This document shows positions 9,305-16,260 of a DNA stretch of 16,260 nt, one piece after another. The DNA comes from Oopsacas minuta. Taxonomy: Eukaryota > Animalia > Porifera. The stretch covers positions 1 through 16,260 of the forward strand of contig JAKMXF010000105.1 in assembly GCA_024704765.1 (NCBI GenBank). Reading direction: 5' to 3'. The position numbers and the translations under genes were made by a program. Numbering within the stretch: the stretch's first letter is position 1; every line of letters starts with the position of its first letter. The notes beneath the pieces are model-generated. The model was not told the origin of the DNA. It ran no database searches and worked only from the letters and a program-made list of their open reading frames with translations.

Positions 9305-9380
9305 AAGAAACCTAACCTAGCCCTGATCTACTTTTAAATTGAATTTTTTTGAGTCTGAATATGATCTCCACTTCTCAGTA

Positions 9381-10440
9381 ATGCATCCTATTCACAAGTC
9401 GGAGGCAACTAACAGAAAGGAACGCCACCTTCGCGAAGAGCAACAGATACAAGAAACATCTAAACTCCCTAAACTAGACACATTCTTTAACTTATAATCA
9501 CATACCTAGAATTGCCAGCCGAAGACTATAAGCTTTCTACTTCAACAACTGCCTTGGTACCTCTTGGCGATTCATTTGTATCTAATTCAAACGAATTACT
9601 TTCAGTAGTGGGCTCCAGTTTTATCGAGTCAGAGTATCAAGCTCCAGAGGTTGTAGAAGAGCAACATGCTTTAACTCAGAAAGAAATACAACTCGTGAAT
9701 GACACTGGGTTGTGGGACGATATATCAAAGCACATACGAAACCGTTGGATAACAAAAGGTAGTGAAGATTGTAGAAACAATTGTAATAACTTCCCAAATT
9801 CTGGCGTGATTCCTGGAAATGAAGGATATCAATGATACTGTTCTAAGTCTTTCTTCACACGAATTCATCCTTTGACAGGAGGGTTTGCAGAACGTATGTA
9901 GCTCTGTTACTCTCCCTCAAGAAGGAAGTTCTGCTTCGCTTGTAAGCTCCTATCATGAATAACTTGTTCATTTACTCAAGGCTTTAATGACTGGAAGCAT
10001 GCTGACGAGAGAATTTCGTCCCATGAAAATAGCTAGCAGCTAGAGAAGCCGTGGTAATTATCTGCACGAGAAAAACAAGTATTGGTAGGGTAGATTGTCA
10101 TATCATCCAGGAGTTTGAAAAGCAAAGACATTATTGGCGCAAAGTGATAGAGCGTGCAGTATCTGTAATAACATTTCTTTGCGAACTGGGTCTCCCATTG
10201 AGAGGGAAAGACGAAGTCATTGAGTCTCCAAGTAGTGGTAATTATCTAGGAGTGATGGAGGTCCTTCAATATATGATTTATTCCTTGCTCAGCACATCAC
10301 TAAGTTTACTTACAAGAAAGGCCCCATACTTCATGCTTGGCATCAACCATTTGTGAGGAATTGATTAGTCTAATGGTTACCAAGATTCTTGATACAATTA
10401 TCGAGTAACTAAAATCAGCGAAGTTATATTAGAGCGTTCA
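9381..10440 (+). pseudogene. hAT transposase N-terminal half (ZMYM1/DUF4371-type)
   Basis: MHPIHKSEATNRKER...PKLDTFF; DTGLW; FCFACKL...GFNDWKH...SHENS (TTF-type finger region); YWRKVIERAVSVITFLCELGLPLRGKDE...SSGNYLG; STICEELI...DTIIE.LKSAK. Stops just where the first catalytic D is expected. Confidence 0.85.
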
Positions 10441-10448
10441 ATAATTCT

Positions 10449-11037
10449 TGCGGGTCATGATATATCTTAGGAATTAGTCAGTAATATATCTAACTTTCAT
10501 ATATTATAAGCTCATATAGTCAAACTCCATATGCTGAAAGTTTTAAGCTTATTCAATACAAATAATGAACTTTTGAGATTGTTACGTGTAGTCAATCTAT
10601 GCCCACTGTTGAATTTATGGCTTCAAAGGATGATAATCTTAAACTCCAATGGCGAGCTTACATAGAGTTTCGCACAATACTCAAGATCCAGCCCGTCCAG
10701 ATCTTCAGCGAGTTACAGGAGATATTGTGCGTGGATTGCCATTCAAGATCTACTGTAGAGCGATGGGCTGCCCGTTTTAGATCTGGTGATGTTGATGTCA
10801 CAGATTTGCCTTGATCTGGAAGACAGGTATCCGCCACCACTTCAGAGAATATCGTACTCATTGAAAGTATGGTCATGGAAGACAAGTGCATTACTGTCTG
10901 TCAGTTAGAACAAAGTATGGAGATTTCATCGGGAGCTATTCATACAATTCTGATGACTGAGCTTGGCTACCGATCGATTTGTGGGAAATGTCTCTCGCAT
11001 AAGCTCAGTGAGAATCAAAGGTTGGCACGACTGAATA
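10449..11037 (+). mobile_element. mariner-type element 5' half
   Basis: ORF from 10599: WRAYIEF...STVERWAARFRSG...DLP*SGR...SSGAIHTILMTELGYRSICGKCLSHKLSENQRLAR, a mariner DNA-binding region with a degenerate WVPHEL-type motif. Cut at the TA at 11036-11037. Left boundary approximate; no TA TSD seen. Confidence 0.8.
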
Positions 11038-11334
11038 CAGTATGTCCTCTCTAATAGTCCACCTACTGGCAACGGTAGTTGAGGTGGACTATTACAGGTA
11101 TTGGACTATTAGAGTTTAACATGTGTAAATACCGAAATTAATGTGCAGTATATACATATTTATACATCACATGAAGTGTCCAATTGTGGAACAAAATACT
11201 CCCTAAGGACAGTTTGCTTTGAGTTTAGGTCCTTTTTCTCAGCTTGCAAGTCTAGGCATTTGGGATACACCCTTGTGAGCATATAAGTAGCTTCATCTTC
11301 ATCTAATGATGACATTATTTGTATAACCTTCTCA
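11038..11334 (-). mobile_element. pogo/Tigger-type element 3' end
   Basis: TA followed by CAGTATGTCCTCTCTAATAGTCCA, with two inverted copies of that motif nearby. A stop-free minus frame at 11333-11160 ends in SKQTVLREYFVPQLDTSCDV*, resembling the KQT-x-x-x-x-F tail of pogo/Jerky-type transposases. Confidence 0.68.
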
Positions 11335-11871
11335 NNNNNNNNNNNNNNNNNNNNNNNNNNNNNNNNNNNNNNNNNNNNNNNNNNNNNNNNNNNNNNNNNN
11401 NNNNNNNNNNNNNNNNNNNNNNNNNNNNNNNNNNNNNNNNNNNNNNNNNNNNNNNNNNNNNNNNNNNNNNNNNNNNNNNNNNNNNNNNNNNNNNNNNNNN
11501 NNNNNNNNNNNNNNNNNNNNNNNNNNNNNNNNNNNNNNNNNNNNNNNNNNNNNNNNNNNNNNNNNNNNNNNNNNNNNNNNNNNNNNNNNNNNNNNNNNNN
11601 NNNNNNNNNNNNNNNNNNNNNNNNNNNNNNNNNNNNNNNNNNNNNNNNNNNNNNNNNNNNNNNNNNNNNNNNNNNNNNNNNNNNNNNNNNNNNNNNNNNN
11701 NNNNNNNNNNNNNNNNNNNNNNNNNNNNNNNNNNNNNNNNNNNNNNNNNNNNNNNNNNNNNNNNNNNNNNNNNNNNNNNNNNNNNNNNNNNNNNNNNNNN
11801 NNNNNNNNNNNNNNNNNNNNNNNNNNNNNNNNNNNNNNNNNNNNNNNNNNNNNNNNNNNNNNNNNNNNNNN
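11335..11871. other. Assembly gap (537 N)
   Basis: Run of N. Confidence 1.
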
Positions 11872-12410
11872 AATGAGTTCTGGAAAGAAGTGGAATCACT
11901 CTACCCCTCTCTACTACCCAAATTATGGTTCCAGCAGGATGGAGCCCCTGCCCATACCTCATTAATTGCTAGGGAATGGCTTAAAAACCACTTGGAACCA
12001 GAAGCCTCAGTCCACTGACCCCCTTTGAGTGGGCTCCTCATAGCCCGGACCTGAGCCCCCCTGATTTCTATCTTTGGGGCTATTTGAAGGATAAAGTATA
12101 TGCTAACAAACCCCAGAGCATCAGAGAACTAAAAATATCCATTAAAGATGAAATGGGAAGATTCTAAAGTCAGTGTGCATGGATATAATGAAGAATTTTG
12201 TGAAAAGACTAAGAAAATGCATGGAAGTTAATGGCGGGCACCTAGGACATATGCTATAAGTTGGGTATTTCAGTAATTTCAATCTTTTCCCTTAGTTATA
12301 TTGTTAAAAAGTAGTATATTTATATTAGTTATCAATGGTGTATCTGAATTCATAGAATCGTCTGAAATATGGCTCCATGATTTTGGGGCCTGTTTTTTTT
12401 GAAACACTGG
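11872..12410 (+). mobile_element. DD41D (rosa/Visitor-type) element 3' half
   Basis: WFQQDGAPAHTS...EWAPHSPDLSPPDFYLWGYLKDKVY...NGGHLGHML* (stop at 12257-12259). There are 41 residues between the second and third D after restoring one base. End TTTTTTGAAACACTGG followed by TA (12411-12412). Confidence 0.87.
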
Positions 12411-12457
12411 TATTTAATGCACCTATTCATAAAGGTAGTGATTATTTTGGGAGCATA

Positions 12458-13746
12458 GGGTGTTCAATAAGTTCGGGAAAAGTACATTTAGAGTAAAGAG
12501 TACTAAATGCTATTTTTAGCTTTCCATTTATCAATCATATATTTATTGATTTATTTAAACTTTGTGATACTAGCAACTATATTCAGAGCAATAATCAGAA
12601 CTTTCCGTTAGTTGTTTGAAAACTAATGAATTTTGAGAACTTAGAGCATTGAGCATTCATTAAATTTCTCTGTATTAAAGGACTAAGTGCTACTGAAACG
12701 TTCAAAGAGATGAAAGATGTCCTCACAGACAATGCCCCTTGTCAATCTATGGTTGAAAAATGGCATGCAGAATTCAAACGTAGAAGAGAAAGTAGACAGA
12801 TGACCCTCGCTCAGGAAGACCTACATTTTCTCTCCATCCAGAAACAATCCAATCTATTAGTGGTATGATAGAGAACGATCACTTTATATCGATCATAAAT
12901 ACACCTAATAGGGTAGATTTATCAATTGGAACTATTCATTCGATCATTCATGACCATCTTGGGCTCAAGAAATACATAGAAAGGTGGGTACCAAAAACCA
13001 TATCTGAAGATCAAATGATGGCTAGACTGGAAACTAGCAAAAGCATGCTTGATTTGTATATGTCTGACCCAGACGATTTCATGCGAGACTGATTACAGGA
13101 GATGAAACCTGGATATACCACCATGACCCTTGCACTGGTAGCGAGGCTGCGGAATGGAAGCATGAAGATTCTCCAAAGCCCAAAGAACCCCGACTTGGTC
13201 ACTGTCCAAAGTCTAAGTCAAAGCTGATGCTTTCAATATTCTGGGATTCTAAGGGACCACTACTATTAGATTATCTACCCAAAAACACGACAGTGACTGG
13301 AACATATTATGCCTATCTGATGATGAAATTACGCAAATCTATAAAGAAGAATAGGCGAGGAATGCAAAAAGAATTTCACTCATTTTACATGATAATGCTC
13401 CATCCCATAAAAGTCATATTGCACAGGAGGCAATAGAGATTGTAGCTTTAAACAGGCTCAACACCCACTATACAGTCCTGATTCAGCTCCCAGCGATTAT
13501 CATCTATTTCCAATTGCCAAGCAAGCACTTCGCGGAAGGATTTTTGACGATGACGATGCATTAGAATCAGGTTTTGAAGACTGGTTAGTCACCAAAGACA
13601 AAATCTTTTTTTATCATGGTATAGAAAAGCTGAAAGATAAGTGGCTTAAATTTATTCTAATACAAGGGGAATATGTTGAAAATTAATCTCTAGCCATTGC
13701 TATACAAACGTCCATATACTAATTTCCACGAACTTATTGAGCACCC
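12458..13746 (+). mobile_element. Full-length decayed mariner (DD34D), irritans-like
   Basis: TIRs GGGTGTTCAATAAGTTCGGGAAA and TTTCCACGAACTTATTGAGCACCC; TA TSD at 12456-12457 and 13747-13748; length 1289 bp. Subfamily judged from remembered resemblance to the Hsmar2 TIR, so lower confidence. Confidence 0.95.
12626..13686 (+). pseudogene. mariner transposase pseudogene
   Basis: RWVPK, ITGDETW, LHDNAPSH, HPLYSPDSAPSDYHLF, QGEYVEN*. 34 residues between the second and third D after restoring one base. Multiple frameshifts. Confidence 0.93.
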
Positions 13747-13853
13747 TACAAGTAGACATCAAAAAGATCATAATTACATTAGTATGTATGTGTGTGCTTA
13801 CTAAATGGGATAATGAGTACTTACTTATATATGACATATTATGGTAATGAAGA

Positions 13854-14551
13854 TCAATGAAGACTGCATTGAGAACAGGAAAAACACACTATCATTGTTG
13901 TAGTCGACTAGTCCTACACATAGTTTATGAAATCACTGGTGACATTTAAAACACTCAATCATATTACTCGGGGCAAATTCAGGAAGGTACAGAGACACCA
14001 CAGCACAATCTTAAATTCTGACCAGGTAGAGGTGAGTATCTTAGTCCGTAACTGCTCGCTTTCTTGTAGCTAGGAATTGTTTCAAAGTCTTAGTTTTGAA
14101 GCAATCACTGAGGTGCGATCTCATTCTCTTTGCTTCCAGGGAATATGTTGTGAATCATTATCGTTTGCTATTGCAAGAAAACTGCTGCCGCGAAGAATCC
14201 GCAGTCGCACCGCCTCTCGGTTGTTGAATAGGGGTAAATGCTACTGTCAACTTACCATCACTACGTCATATAGCAGAGCCAGTTGTATTTTCAGCTCCTG
14301 ACTCGTTCTACCAGTCGCCAGGGAATCATACACCCTAACATTACCTTCAACATCGACACTGGAACATACCCAATGGAGTCCTTCGTCATGGTGAATTTGC
14401 TTCCTGGGAAGAGGATCTCTGACAAACTGTCTGCTCTAAAGAAAAAACATTGAAATAATTAGAAAACTTGTACAAAGTGAGCATGGTACTTATTTAATAC
14501 CTTAGAGAGAATCGTGTCCTGCACATGAAGATACGCATACTTCAGGAGTTC
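13854..14551 (-). pseudogene. Ulp1/C48-like cysteine protease plus PHD finger, intron-containing, decayed
   Basis: Exon 14551-14501 (ELLKYAYLHVQDTILSK); GT-AG intron 14500-14436; then RQF...QIHHDEGLHWVCSS...VRVYDSL...QLALLY...IQQ.RGG.DCGFFA...MRSHLSDCF, and WCLC.LPE...MIECFKCHQ*FHKLCVGL...FFCSQC. Several frameshifts. Confidence 0.8.
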
Positions 14552-14873
14552 CTATGAATATGAATAATTAAACATAATTAACTTGTATTCATCACATTTA
14601 ACTTCAGAAAAGGTGTTCATACGTTATGAGTAACTGAAAAACATTATGACTAAAAAAATGAGGTCGTTGAGATTTTTTCACTTTCTTATACAGATTTTTA
14701 TGAGGAATCCGAATCTACAATCCAAAAAATTTTCCTACCCTCAAATTTCTTTTACAGATTATACAAAAATTTATGAAATCAAAAAATTCTGGCTACAAGA
14801 ATTTTAATATATCCCCATTTTTGATATATTATCGTGCTTCTTCGCTGATATACTTCTTTCTAGAATTCAATTA

Positions 14874-16063
14874 CAAGGTGTCCCATAAGTTCTGTCCCAT
14901 ACTTTAATACATAACCATATATTTTATGGTAAAGCTCGGTAATTGGTTTTGCGTTTCAAGCTTCTATCTTGTCTTATAAGTATTCTAAACTGTTCATCTT
15001 AACATCTCATAGTTTTAGCTAGACAAATTCCTCGATGGAAACGGAAAGGTTGACAATTATCAAATTATATCGAAAAGGGAAAGATCAAGGTGAAATTTTG
15101 AAAATTCTCAATATTTCTAAAACGAGGCAAAAGTTTGTATACCGTACCATTGATGGGTATAAAGATACTAGCGTCTCTGACAAGCCCAGACCTGGTCGTC
15201 CCATATCTGTAACGACAACAAGGATGAGGAAGATCGTAAGAGGTCGTGTATGGCGAAATCCCAGTCGATCCGTGAGAAAGTGGCTGCAGAGCTCAAGGTA
15301 TCTCGTTCTTCCCTCCAAAGAATTGTCAAAAGAGACCTGAGTTTATCTTCATTTAAAAAACGTAAAGTGCACTATCTTTCAGAGGTAATGAAGGAGAAGA
15401 GGCTGAAGAGAAGTAAAGGTCTCATTGACCGGTTCGCTATCCAAGGTCTTGATCACGTCTTGTTCTCAGATGAGAAATTATTTACGATAGAGGAAGCTTA
15501 TAATTAATAAAACGACAGAATATTGTCTTCTACTGCGTCTACCATCCCTGAGGAGTACAGATATGTAAAAAAGTACAGAAACCATGTTCTGTTATGGTTT
15601 GGGCTGGAGTATCTTCACTTGGCTGGACTCCAATAGTTTTCATCCCAACTGGGGTAAAAATAAATGCTAAACTTACCAAAACCTTGTTCTAAAGCCTATA
15701 GTCAAAGATCTTAGCAAGTCGATGTTCAACAATGAACCCTTTTTGTTCCAACAAGACGGTGCCCCTGCTCATACAGCAAATACCACTCAAAGCTAGCTTC
15801 ACTCCGAAATTCCTGACTTTATTTCCAAACAGGAATGGCCCCCATCTAGTCCGGACCTTAACCCTCTAGACTTCTCAGTTTGGTCTATATTACAAACAAA
15901 GGCTTGTTGTAAATCCCAAAGAAATTTGGAGGCCCTGAAGCGATCAATAATACCTGCTTGGAATGAACTCCACCAGGAAACCATGCGAATGGCAGTAGAG
16001 GCGGTTCCTTCACGACTTAGGGCTGTAATTAAGAAAAAAGGTGGATATATTGAATCAGCCTAA
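14874..16063 (+). mobile_element. DD37D (maT-type) element with decayed transposase (15035-16063); right TIR not in window
   Basis: TA followed by CAAGGTGTCCCATAAGTTCTG; METERLTIIKL...KPRPGRP; VLFSDEKLFTIE; VMVWAG; FQQDGAPAHTA; EWPPSSPDLNPLDFSVWS (37-residue spacing, in frame); KKGGYIESA*. Confidence 0.92.
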
Positions 16064-16065
16064 TA

Positions 16066-16260
16066 CATTCAAGGGACAAAAGTATTCGACCACACAAATA
16101 TATTGTCATAAATTGTATACTCTTTCCCGCTCCTATATATTGTGTAGTCTATATTCGTAGCTGCAATCTAGTAATTTCCATAGAACAACATATTGTTTTT
16201 CAAGAATTTCAAAAAAATATTTTCGATTCACACTTTTTGAAGGTGTTAATTGTCAATAAT
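16066..16260. mobile_element. Possible end of a further Tc1-like element inserted directly after the DD37D stop codon
   Basis: TA (16064-16065) followed by CATTCAAGGGACAAAAGTATTCGACCAC, resembling Tc1-type CA...AAAAGTATT TIRs. The DD37D right TIR is absent from the remaining 197 bp. Confidence 0.42.

Noticed and set aside
9311-9318. CCTAACCT motif seen in Helentron/DINE-like repeats
   Set aside because: One copy only, with no hairpin, subTIR or Rep/helicase sequence.
11315-11962. Long ORFs in the track spanning the second gap
   Set aside because: Artefacts of N runs; the flanks belong to different elements.
14580-14871. Subterminal-looking sequence (GAGGAATCCGAATC, T/A tracts) upstream of the Ulp1-PHD exons
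   Set aside because: No TIR, TSD or coding signal to define an element, so left unannotated.
1288-16063. Stop-codon reassignment or programmed recoding as an explanation for in-frame stops
   Set aside because: TAA, TAG and TGA all occur together with many frameshifts, which fits neutral decay.

Overview
AT-rich eukaryotic (probably invertebrate; inferred) scaffold segment with two assembly gaps (4319-4931, 11335-11871). It is almost entirely decayed, nested cut-and-paste DNA transposons. No intact host gene, RNA gene, CRISPR array or retroelement was recognised. Recognisable pieces: three hAT remnants (one Ac/ZBED-type with a BED finger, two ZMYM1/Tip100-type); two DD37D maT-type elements; two mariners (one full-length DD34D with both TIRs and TA TSD); a DD41D 3' half; a pogo/Tigger-type 3' end; an unclassified Tc1-like element; and a possible further Tc1-like end. 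The least ordinary part is about 5.0-9.3 kb. There, two different 5'-truncated Kolobok-type transposase tails point away from each other across an AT-rich spacer, each ending in a PHD finger. An orphan coiled-coil ORF lies behind the left one and a CCT|TTAA terminus behind the right one. At 13.85-14.55 kb there is a decayed, apparently spliced Ulp1/C48-like protease-PHD gene. All reading frames were reconstructed by hand across stops and frameshifts. Family names come from motif recognition, not database searches.
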